Shown here: in pieces, positions 1 to 7,307 of the stretch | Layout: every line of letters begins with the position of its first letter | Numbering within the stretch: position 1 is the stretch's first letter | Origin: an uncultured virus (IMG/VR IMGVR_UViG_3300045016_000288) | Lineage: Duplodnaviria > Heunggongvirae > Uroviricota > Caudoviricetes | Strand: one strand, 5' to 3' | IMG/VR virus record: IMGVR_UViG_3300045016_000288 | Length of the DNA stretch: 20,000 bases | Notes under the pieces: generated by a model | What the model was told of the DNA's origin: nothing | Database searches by the model: none | The model's input: the letters and a program-made list of their open reading frames with translations, nothing else | Position numbers and translations under genes: made by a program

Positions 1-302
1 AGCCGGATGGTCAGTCCAGGGACCATCTCATCGCCTCGCGGGACTGCATACATCGCCTCTTCAGCGAAATCCAGGTCCTCGCAGAGTTCGAGCAGGTAAA
101 CTTCAATGGCACCCCATTGCCGCCGGTTTTCCGGCCGCATGGCGATGATGAACCGGGCTTGAACCAGGGCCTGCGCTTCGGCGGCGCTGGCAGCCACGTT
201 GGTTTCGCCTTCAGCAATTTGCAAGGCCTGACTCAGGTTGTCTTGCGGTTTCTGAAGCGCGGTTGTTTCTGGCACTACTGTTCCTTGAATGTGTTTATTC
301 AT
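1..302 (-). CDS. Conserved phage protein, 3' end outside the window (possibly recombination/ssDNA-annealing related)
   Basis: Not in the ORF track; translated by hand from ATG at 302: MNKHIQGTVVPETTALQKPQDNLSQALQIAEGETNVAASAAEAQALVQARFIIAMRPENRRQWGAIEVYLLELCEDLDFAEEAMYAVPRGDEMVPGLTIR..., open to the edge. The start overlaps the stop of 295..744 (ATGAATAA). 'FAEEAMYAVPRG...GLTIR' resembles, from recall, a widespread phage family (FAExAxYxxPRGG..GPSIRLAE). Function is inference. Confidence 0.7.
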   Translation of the reverse strand, partial: MNKHIQGTVVPETTALQKPQDNLSQALQIAEGETNVAASAAEAQALVQARFIIAMRPENRRQWGAIEVYLLELCEDLDFAEEAMYAVPRGDEMVPGLTIR

Positions 303-744
303 ATATCTCAGCGTTGACTAGCGGGCTTGGATGGAACCGCAGCAGCACGTAGCCTCGTCCTTCCATGCAGAGACACCACCGGATGCGGCCCTGTTGCAGC
401 GACCAGATCGCACGATCCAACATCCAGAATTCCGGCGGACTGTAAACGGTCGTGATCGCGTCAAAGCCTTCCGCGCAGGCATCCCCAAATACCCGCACGT
501 TTTGGTAATCGAACCCAGGACAGAGTGTCCTGGCCCAACCCGGAGTCGGCAAGAAATGCCGCGTCCAGGCCTGGTGAAGCCAGTGCGCCCCATCCCTGAC
601 GATGCTCATGGTCGAGGCGACCAAAGGCGCGCTGGCATCAGCCAGATCGCTCAAAACTTCAATGCCGCGCTTGTGCATGGCTCGCTCCGCGTCCCCGGGC
701 AGTTTTAAGAGCCCGATTGGCCGTTTCTTCCATTCGGTCCGCAT
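295..744 (-). CDS. Hypothetical protein with N-terminal RNA polymerase alpha-CTD-like (HhH) motif
   Basis: 149 aa ORF overlapping both neighbours. RPIGLLKLPGDAERAMHKRGIEVLSDL follows the alpha-CTD pattern ([27 protein letters not shown] in E. coli RpoA). Confidence 0.55.
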   Translation of the reverse strand: MRTEWKKRPIGLLKLPGDAERAMHKRGIEVLSDLADASAPLVASTMSIVRDGAHWLHQAWTRHFLPTPGWARTLCPGFDYQNVRVFGDACAEGFDAITTVYSPPEFWMLDRAIWSLQQGRIRWCLCMEGRGYVLLRFHPSPLVNAEIYE

Positions 745-908
745 AGGAGTTCGAGGTGGCGGCTCACTGCCAGCCGGATCAACAGGCTCACCGGGATTCC
801 GGCCCGGCGCGAGCAGGACCGCAGTTTCGCCAGTGTCTCCGCGTCGAAGCGGGTTGACACTGGGAACACCAGTGTCGCGGTTTTCCGTCCATCCGTTTCC
901 CCTCTCAC
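705..908 (-). CDS. Ribbon-helix-helix (Arc/CopG-type) DNA-binding protein
   Basis: 67 aa, GTG start. PVSTRF (beta strand) - DAETLAKLRSCSRRAG (helix) - IPVSLLIRLAVSRHL (helix) is the canonical RHH pattern. First gene of the leftward unit. Confidence 0.7.
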   Translation of the reverse strand: MRGETDGRKTATLVFPVSTRFDAETLAKLRSCSRRAGIPVSLLIRLAVSRHLELLCGPNGRNGQSGS

Positions 909-915
909 GTAGTCA

Positions 916-943
916 AATGTAAGACATTGTTCTACGAATGCAA
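916..943 (-). promoter_or_regulatory. Putative leftward sigma70-type promoter (likely leaderless transcript) with overlapping inverted repeat
   Basis: Minus strand reads TTGCAT (943-938) - 16 nt - TACATT (921-916) - 7 nt - GTG (908). Inverted repeat AATGT-aag-ACATT at 916-928 overlaps the -10. Confidence 0.5.
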
Positions 944-967
944 GAAAAATCTTCAGAAATTTTTCTG
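943..967. promoter_or_regulatory. AT-rich dyad elements in the divergent control region (candidate operator or UP element)
   Basis: AGAAAAAT-N8-ATTTTTCT (943-966) and the overlapping CAGAAA-tt-TTTCTG (954-967). Confidence 0.35.
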
Positions 968-1015
968 GTTGGTTTTGCTTGCCAAACCCGGCCCCGAGGA
1001 CTAACGGTTGGTCGT

Positions 1016-1300
1016 ATGAAGAGCGAAGCTAGGATTGACTTCGGGGGAAACGAAGACCTGCGCGGCATCTTCGCCGGGGTCGATCTCGGGAGACAAATCC
1101 GCGTCACGGTCACAATGCGAGTCAAGCGGCGGGATGAAGATGGCGTGGTCTGCGCCCTGGAGGAAATCGAAGAGCTTGACGGGGAGGAGATCGCCGTGTT
1201 GCCGCCTGAGCCCGACGAGGAAGGGCGGGCCGTGCCGACAGCCGAGGAACCCTACGGGCTCTTGATCTATTCCAGCAACCGCGGCCAGCCCGAGGAATGA
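1016..1300 (+). CDS. Hypothetical acidic phage protein
   Basis: The ORF track gives 938..1300, but 938-1015 is the AT-rich divergent promoter region, so ATG 1016 (MKSEARIDFGG..., 94 aa) is preferred. The stop overlaps the next start (ATGA 1297-1300). Confidence 0.6.
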   Translation: MKSEARIDFGGNEDLRGIFAGVDLGRQIRVTVTMRVKRRDEDGVVCALEEIEELDGEEIAVLPPEPDEEGRAVPTAEEPYGLLIYSSNRGQPEE

Positions 1301-1578
1301 GGCGGCGCCGGACACTGTGGGGCCAGAGGGGCGCCCCCGGGGTTTACCTGGTCAAAGAGCGTTACCGGAAACTGGGGCTGCTGGACTGGACCACGCCGCG
1401 GACCGAGGCCTTGTGCCAGCGGCTCGGCGTGACGGTGCCGGAGTTGTGCGCGATGGCGGGTTTGTATAACCGGTACACTATCAGGAGGTGCATTCAGAGA
1501 AACCGGTGGTCGGTTCCGGTGGCGTTGGTGTTTTGGTTAATCGAACAGAGTTATGGTGGATTTAGAGCTAATCGCTAA
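1297..1578 (+). CDS. Small basic protein with probable helix-turn-helix
   Basis: 93 aa. EALCQRLGVTVPELCAMAGLYNRYTIRRCIQRNR resembles an XRE/Cro HTH. Coupled to the upstream ORF and overlapping the portal start by 26 nt. Confidence 0.55.
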   Translation: MRRRRTLWGQRGAPGVYLVKERYRKLGLLDWTTPRTEALCQRLGVTVPELCAMAGLYNRYTIRRCIQRNRWSVPVALVFWLIEQSYGGFRANR

Positions 1579-3817
1579 ACACGGCTGCACCCAGGAGCGG
1601 CTGCGGCAGATTTTCACCGCCGGCACGGTTGGCGCGGACACGGAACTAAGCGAAGCTGAGAAACGCGACGCGGAGATTCGCCGGCGCTGGGAGGACCGCA
1701 TTCGCAACCGGCTCAACAAAGGCCAGATCGAGTCGCTCGCCCGCGCCGAGCTTTATGGCGCGGTTGACCTGGCCTGGGACGCCCCCCCCATCAACCAGGA
1801 GAGCTACCCGCTTATTCTGTACGCGCAGGGAAGGCTCAACCAGGCGGACTGCGTTCGCACGCTGGAAAACCTCCAGTGCGGCAGCCAGTACATCCAGCGG
1901 GACAGCAGCGGCAAGGCGGCTGGCATTGACCTGCCGCGCTTTTATGAGGTGCATTGCAACCTGGTCCGGCATTTCGTGACCCGGCGCCTGGCCGCGCAGA
2001 TGAACAAATACGCGAACCTCTGGCCCTATTTCCGCTATGAGCCCCGCGTGCCCACGATGGCGGCGAAGATCACGGCGGATATTGAGAGCCAGCGCGTCGA
2101 GGAAATGGCCGACGCCTACGATTACCGCCATCACGATGAGCAGGTCGTCCGCGACATGCTGCTCTACGGGTTCAGCGTGGATTTCGTGCGGTCAGCCTGG
2201 GATTGCTCCTGGCAATGGCGAATCCACCCGGACGCGCAGTCCCCGCACACGGTCGCCGAGCGCGAGGGCGTGGACTGGATCAACGCACACCCAACCCGGC
2301 TGTTCTACGATAGTTCCGAGCCGCTGGCCCGGATCAACAGCGACACCGGCCCCAGCTATATTGGCTACTGGGATATTGTTCCCTACGGCAGCGTTCACAA
2401 CAACGCCGATTACTGGAACCGCAACACGCTCGGGTACACCGATGATTTCCTGAACCTGTTCAGTTCCTACCCCGGCTATTTCAGCCAGTATTACTGCACG
2501 GTCAAGGTGCCCCAGCCGACCTCGCAGCCGTGGCTCAAGAACGACCGGATCGGCAGCTACAGTCTCTACAACTCGCAGGATGATGACGCAGCCTGCTTGA
2601 TTGCGGTGTATTTCGAGCGGGTGGTGCCCAAGGATGAGGGATTCGGGGATTACCCTTTCCCGGTCTGGGTGCGCTTCATTTGCGGCGGGGCGGCTACGGC
2701 GATTGTCTTTGCCGAGTACCTGCCCAGCGCGCCGGCGGCCTACTGCGGATTGAACATCAAGGATGACCGGCGGTTTCAACTGTCGTTCGCCCACGAACTA
2801 ATGCCGTACCAGGACCAGATGACCAACCTGCTGAGCCAACTGCTCCAGGTCTGCCGGATGGAACAAATGAAAATCCTGGCCGTGAACACGGACGTGCTGG
2901 CGGATGAAACCGTGATCCGGCGGCTGCGGGAGGGGTTGGCCGGGAGCGACTGGCACAGCCGGCCACATCTCCTGGAATACAGCGGGAGCAAGATGGCCGC
3001 CTTGGGCGTGGAGATGCGCGAGCCGCTCAAGCTGATCCAGCCGCAGAGCAACCCGCAGTCAATCCAGATTTTGTTCCAGTCCATGACGACGCTGATCCAG
3101 TTGATCGAGCGGCTGGAGGCAATGTCAGCCAACGAAGTCGGCCAGCCGATTGTTCGCAGCGAAGGAGGAGTAACAGCCACCGAAGCACAGTTGATCAATG
3201 CCTCCACAAACTCGGTGTACAACTACATCAGCGATGCAGTGGATAACTACCGGGCCGCCAAGAAGCGGATCATCCACGAGAGCCTTATGGTGATGGGGCC
3301 GGACTTTTACGAGACAACGACCCTGAGCCGGTATCCCCGGTCGGAGATTGTCAAAGCCGGCTTCGAGGTGGTTGACCTGGATGAGGCGAACTCGGTGTTC
3401 ATTGTCCGGGGCCGGCGGGATTTGCTTCGGCATTCTCTTATCTATTCAACCCGCGATGGGAACGAGCGCCCGATCAATGCTGAGTCGGCCCGGACCCTCG
3501 TTCAACTGCTTCCCATGCTCATGCAGTTGATGGCCACAGGCGCGATTGGGGGCCAGGGCAAACTGGTGGAGATCATCAACGAGATTTTCCGGTTGTTGGG
3601 CGCCGGGGTTGACCTGCGCCTGGAGGCATCGTCGGAGCCGGGCCAACCGTTGCCGCAGCCGGGCCAGAACGAGGGGCAAGCCGCGCAGCAGGAGGTTGAG
3701 GCCATGCGGCCTACGTTAGAGGGCATGACGAGGGTGCTCCAGCAGCACACGGATGAGATTACCAGCCTCAAAGGACAAGGACAGGCGGCAGCGCCGCAGT
3801 TCGCTGGAGTTGCTTAA
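1553..3817 (+). CDS. Portal (head-to-tail connector) protein, P22/podovirus-like
   Basis: 754 aa with portal-like segments DMLLYGFSV, HPTRLFYD, ELMPYQDQMTNLLSQ, VGQ...VTATEAQLI and a Gln-rich helical C-terminus. First large gene ahead of scaffold and capsid. Confidence 0.8.
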   Translation: MVDLELIAKHGCTQERLRQIFTAGTVGADTELSEAEKRDAEIRRRWEDRIRNRLNKGQIESLARAELYGAVDLAWDAPPINQESYPLILYAQGRLNQADCVRTLENLQCGSQYIQRDSSGKAAGIDLPRFYEVHCNLVRHFVTRRLAAQMNKYANLWPYFRYEPRVPTMAAKITADIESQRVEEMADAYDYRHHDEQVVRDMLLYGFSVDFVRSAWDCSWQWRIHPDAQSPHTVAEREGVDWINAHPTRLFYDSSEPLARINSDTGPSYIGYWDIVPYGSVHNNADYWNRNTLGYTDDFLNLFSSYPGYFSQYYCTVKVPQPTSQPWLKNDRIGSYSLYNSQDDDAACLIAVYFERVVPKDEGFGDYPFPVWVRFICGGAATAIVFAEYLPSAPAAYCGLNIKDDRRFQLSFAHELMPYQDQMTNLLSQLLQVCRMEQMKILAVNTDVLADETVIRRLREGLAGSDWHSRPHLLEYSGSKMAALGVEMREPLKLIQPQSNPQSIQILFQSMTTLIQLIERLEAMSANEVGQPIVRSEGGVTATEAQLINASTNSVYNYISDAVDNYRAAKKRIIHESLMVMGPDFYETTTLSRYPRSEIVKAGFEVVDLDEANSVFIVRGRRDLLRHSLIYSTRDGNERPINAESARTLVQLLPMLMQLMATGAIGGQGKLVEIINEIFRLLGAGVDLRLEASSEPGQPLPQPGQNEGQAAQQEVEAMRPTLEGMTRVLQQHTDEITSLKGQGQAAAPQFAGVA

Positions 3818-3826
3818 TAATGGCGC

Positions 3827-3855
3827 TTGACGGAGCGCGGGCGACCCGGCATTTT
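3827..3855 (+). promoter_or_regulatory. Putative sigma70-type promoter for the scaffold gene
   Basis: TTGACG (3827-3832) - 17 nt - CATTTT (3850-3855), 11 nt before ATG 3867. No clear Shine-Dalgarno. Confidence 0.45.
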
Positions 3856-3866
3856 CGGCTTTAGAT

Positions 3867-5396
3867 ATGGCTACGGAAACCAAAACTGACGGGAAAGAAC
3901 CAGACAAACCAACCACACCACCTGAGACTGATCCTCTTATCCAGGTGATTTTCAGGGATTTAGGGAGGGCGTTGCCCGGGGCAGCCAAACCGGATACGGG
4001 CGATGAATCGCCCCCAGACGGAACGCCGCCCACAGACAAAAACGGCGACGTGCCTGCGCCACCGCCCGAACCGGCCCCGGATGGAACGCCGCCGGCCGCC
4101 AAAAAAGATGGCGGTGAACCGCCGCCGTCGCCCCAACCCGCTCCCGAGGACGACCAAACCAAAGTCAAACGCCGCCGGCCACCGGAGGAGATCATCCGCG
4201 AGACAATCGCCGGCGAGATGCAAAAACTGCGGGACGAACTTAAAATCGCCCCCAGCCAAGCGCAAACACCGACAGCGGCGCCCGCCAGTGCGGGTCCGAG
4301 TTCGCCTCCGCAACGAGCCACGATACCTTCCCGTCCCGAGGCCCCAGACACAAAAGGCTGGCTGCCAGAGGAGGTTCGCGCCCTGCAACTGGCCCAGTTT
4401 GCCGAGCGGAAACACCCCGACAAGTACGCGGGGCAATCCCAGAAGTTTGTTCAGTTCCGCCGCGACCTGGACGAGTACGTTGCCCAAGCCCGCAAGGAAA
4501 ACCCGGACCGCACGCTGGATGATGATGATGAGGAATTCATGGGCTGGGTGGACGAGCACAAGCCCAGCTACGGGGACGATGAGGACACGCTGGTCGAGGA
4601 GATGCGCGAGGAACGGGCGGTGGCGAAGGCTCGGGAATCCTTGCAAGGCGAGGTTGAGCAGGCCAAACAGACTGCCCGGCTGGCTCTTGAGCAGCCTGTG
4701 GTTGAAGGTCTGAAGACCCATTTTGCGAGGCAAACGCAGGTTTGCATGGAGGCGAAGATGGAAGGGTCGCTCGTGCCGGACATTGCGGTGGCTATCCGGG
4801 AAAAGGGGCTGGAGCAAGCTATGCAAGGCGACCCCGTTTTTGCGCCAATGGTCGCGGAGATTATGGTGGCCAGCCAGCGGATAGCGGAGGAGTTTATCGC
4901 GTTGAGCCGGGAGGTCAAACCGTACAACGCTCAAGACCCATTGCACATGGGCATCGTGAATGCCATCGAGGTGGATGGCCAGGGGTTCAAGCGCGAAGGC
5001 GGCGACGCGGCCATCAGAACGGGCAGAGACGGCCGGAAACTGAGTTTCATCACGCGAGCGGAGTGGAACAAACTCCGGCGCGACGACCCGGGACGGCTTG
5101 CCGGGCATTGGACGTGGGATGATAAGGAAATTCTCGAACGCATGGCACAACAGGCGCGGCACTTGGTGGAAAACCGCACCAAAGATCACCTGGCGAAGCT
5201 CAAAGCCGCGGGCTGGGAGCGCCCGGCGGCATCCGGCTCGCCTAAAACAGAGAGCCGCACGCCATCCAGCCGGTCTGCGAAAGCCCCGGCGTCAGTGGCT
5301 CCCGGGGCGGCCCCTGGAGCCGCACCGCAGCACGACCAAGGTGCGTTAAGCCATGCCGAGTTCAAGGCGTTGGGCTATCCTCTTCCCAAGCGTTAG
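3867..5396 (+). CDS. Capsid scaffolding protein (probable)
   Basis: 509 aa between portal and capsid. Pro/Asp/Glu-rich disordered N-terminus (PDGTPP twice), helical charged core, Ala/Ser/Pro-rich C-terminal linker. Confidence 0.65.
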   Translation: MATETKTDGKEPDKPTTPPETDPLIQVIFRDLGRALPGAAKPDTGDESPPDGTPPTDKNGDVPAPPPEPAPDGTPPAAKKDGGEPPPSPQPAPEDDQTKVKRRRPPEEIIRETIAGEMQKLRDELKIAPSQAQTPTAAPASAGPSSPPQRATIPSRPEAPDTKGWLPEEVRALQLAQFAERKHPDKYAGQSQKFVQFRRDLDEYVAQARKENPDRTLDDDDEEFMGWVDEHKPSYGDDEDTLVEEMREERAVAKARESLQGEVEQAKQTARLALEQPVVEGLKTHFARQTQVCMEAKMEGSLVPDIAVAIREKGLEQAMQGDPVFAPMVAEIMVASQRIAEEFIALSREVKPYNAQDPLHMGIVNAIEVDGQGFKREGGDAAIRTGRDGRKLSFITRAEWNKLRRDDPGRLAGHWTWDDKEILERMAQQARHLVENRTKDHLAKLKAAGWERPAASGSPKTESRTPSSRSAKAPASVAPGAAPGAAPQHDQGALSHAEFKALGYPLPKR

Positions 5397-5458
5397 TTAG
5401 GCGGCTTAATATAACCCGCCAAACTCTTCCATAATAAGGGTGTAACAACCCCGGCCTC

Positions 5459-5502
5459 TTGCGGCGGGTTGTGCGCCGGTCCATAGTAGCGCCAAGAAAG
5501 GG
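5459..5502 (+). promoter_or_regulatory. Putative promoter and RBS for the major capsid gene
   Basis: TTGCGG (5459-5464) - 17 nt - CATAGT (5482-5487); GAAAGGG (5496-5502) lies 5 nt before ATG 5508. Confidence 0.4.
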
Positions 5503-5507
5503 AAGCT

Positions 5508-7208
5508 ATGGCACTTATAGACAGTTGCAATCCACGGATGATTGCCGTGGAAGATTCATGCGGCTGCACCCTTACCAGGGCCAGCATCCATGCCATGACC
5601 GAGGCTGATTTTGAAAATCAGTTTTGGCTTGAGACCGGCATGTCGCGGGTGGTGGCAAACTGGAAAGAGGCCCGCATGACCGGCGTCTCACAGAAGACGC
5701 TCACCGATCTGTTTCTGTCGCGGATGACGCCCGTGAAAAAGGTTAATCTGGGCCAGTCGCCGCAACAGAGCGTGATCGCGCCGTTCATCCTCGTTCCCGG
5801 GCAACACCGCGTTAACTCGAACTATTTCGAGGTGTTGTCCGGTAATGTTCACCCCAGCGCAGGCGTGCCGCCAATCCCGGCCTCAGCCTGGCAGGTAACT
5901 CTGCGCAACGAGACCAGCCAATTCTCCACACCGCTGGACGCGCTGTATCGTTATTTCCTCACTGGCCGCTACCTGATGGTGCTCTATCGTGACGCCACCA
6001 ACACCGGTCGCGCCATTCACTTCCGCATCATCTCTTCGGTGGACGCAAGCGTTCCCGGCGAGCAACGAGCCCTGGTCAGTGTCGTTCCTAACGTGACTGA
6101 CGCGGCCTGGGTTGGACTCAGTCCAGCCGAGAAGGCGCTGTTTCAAGTGACCCACGGCGTTGTGGTGCCCCTGGCCAACAGCGTCAGCAACTATGAGTCG
6201 TGGTGTGAGCAAGACCCGGTTCAGAACACCTGGAAACTCAAGGATTACTGGCTGCAAACCATCCGGGAGACCCACTGTTACAGCGACGCCTATCTGGAGG
6301 CCATTGCGGCGCCGCTGACCGATCCGCTGTTCAAAAAGTTCCGGCTCATGCCGATCACAAAACAGCGGAAGATCAAGGCAGCCCAGGCGGAGCGCGCCTT
6401 CTGGAACACGGTCATGTTTGGAACCAGGATCAACGAAAATCAGACGGTCAACACCTACGCCGATCTGGAGGCGATTCCTGATCCAGCCGACCCGGAGTGT
6501 TTGCTGGAGTACAAAGCCAACACCATCGGCATTGCCACGCAGTTGGCCGAATGCGGCCGGGTGATTGACTTCCAGAACGCGCCCTTGAACCTGGACACCC
6601 TGAAAACCGCGCTCTATAGCCTCCGGCGGACCCGCTCGGCGGCGGGCGCCAACATCACGCGCATCGACGCGATGACCGACCGGTTCACGGCGCACAACAT
6701 TCTTACCCTGATGATCCGTTACTACAAGGATCAGTACGGGTTCGATGTCAACCGGTTCTATCAGCCGAACCAGAAGTTGACCTTCCAGGACCAGGTTCTC
6801 TGGAACTACAACGTGTATGAGTTCCCGGACGAAGGCGTCGAACTCTGCGTTATCACGGACGACTACTTCGACGATTTCCACGCTGCCGTGCCAACCGCCG
6901 ACAAGTCGATCGGTCGCCAACTGATGATGATTGACTGGTCGGACCCGGAGGTGGGTTTGGCTGGGGCAGAGTCAGCGCAGCGGCAGACGAACATCTACGA
7001 CGAGTTGTATCACTGCGTCATCACTATTCCGAAGCAGCACTATCAACTCTGGTCGCAGACGATATGCGTTCAGGTGCCTGATCCGAATCGGCACTTGATC
7101 TACGGCAATTTCTCGGATGAATGCCCTCAGATCACCGTCAATCCGTGCGTGCCTTATGAGCCTTACGAGTACGAGTACGAGGGTGGAGGGGGAGAGGAGC
7201 CGAGATAA
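5508..7208 (+). CDS. Major capsid protein (HK97 fold, large, with insertion domain)
   Basis: 566 aa, follows the scaffold and is followed by a terminator. YWLQTIRE...ERAFWNTVMFG...NTIGI echo the NxTQIFR / ExALLFG / TxGI pattern of DUF5309-type podovirus capsids. Strong codon bias. Confidence 0.75.
   Translation: MALIDSCNPRMIAVEDSCGCTLTRASIHAMTEADFENQFWLETGMSRVVANWKEARMTGVSQKTLTDLFLSRMTPVKKVNLGQSPQQSVIAPFILVPGQHRVNSNYFEVLSGNVHPSAGVPPIPASAWQVTLRNETSQFSTPLDALYRYFLTGRYLMVLYRDATNTGRAIHFRIISSVDASVPGEQRALVSVVPNVTDAAWVGLSPAEKALFQVTHGVVVPLANSVSNYESWCEQDPVQNTWKLKDYWLQTIRETHCYSDAYLEAIAAPLTDPLFKKFRLMPITKQRKIKAAQAERAFWNTVMFGTRINENQTVNTYADLEAIPDPADPECLLEYKANTIGIATQLAECGRVIDFQNAPLNLDTLKTALYSLRRTRSAAGANITRIDAMTDRFTAHNILTLMIRYYKDQYGFDVNRFYQPNQKLTFQDQVLWNYNVYEFPDEGVELCVITDDYFDDFHAAVPTADKSIGRQLMMIDWSDPEVGLAGAESAQRQTNIYDELYHCVITIPKQHYQLWSQTICVQVPDPNRHLIYGNFSDECPQITVNPCVPYEPYEYEYEGGGGEEPR
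7152..7181 (+). repeat. Short coding tandem repeat at the capsid 3' end
   Basis: CCTTATGAG CCTTACGAG TACGAG TACGAG encodes PYEPYEYEYE, followed by GGGGEEPR-stop. Confidence 0.85.
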
Positions 7209-7239
7209 CCGAGTGGGATTGATTTCCTAGCCATCCGTC

Positions 7240-7283
7240 AGGGGCGCGGCAATGTTTCGCCCAAATGTTGCTGCGCCCTTTTT
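7240..7283 (+). terminator. Intrinsic terminator after the capsid gene
   Basis: GGGCGCGGCAATGTTT-cgccc-AAATGTTGCTGCGCCC forms a 16-bp stem with three G-U pairs, followed by TTTTT. Confidence 0.75.
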
Positions 7284-7307
7284 AGTCTCCGAACCCTGGG
7301 GGCGCGC

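Noticed and set aside
979..1007. Rightward promoter TTGCCA-N17-TAACGG
   Set aside because: The -10 lacks the conserved final T; plausible but too weak to call.
3716..4713. 235-aa and 236-aa alternative-frame ORFs
   Set aside because: Low-complexity products of the GC-rich, Pro-rich scaffold N-terminus.
3960..5189. 409-aa antisense ORF over the scaffold gene
   Set aside because: Shadow of a codon-biased sense gene; no recognisable motifs or expression signals.
5883..6920. 345-aa antisense ORF over the capsid gene
   Set aside because: Same shadow effect; fully nested opposite the capsid gene.
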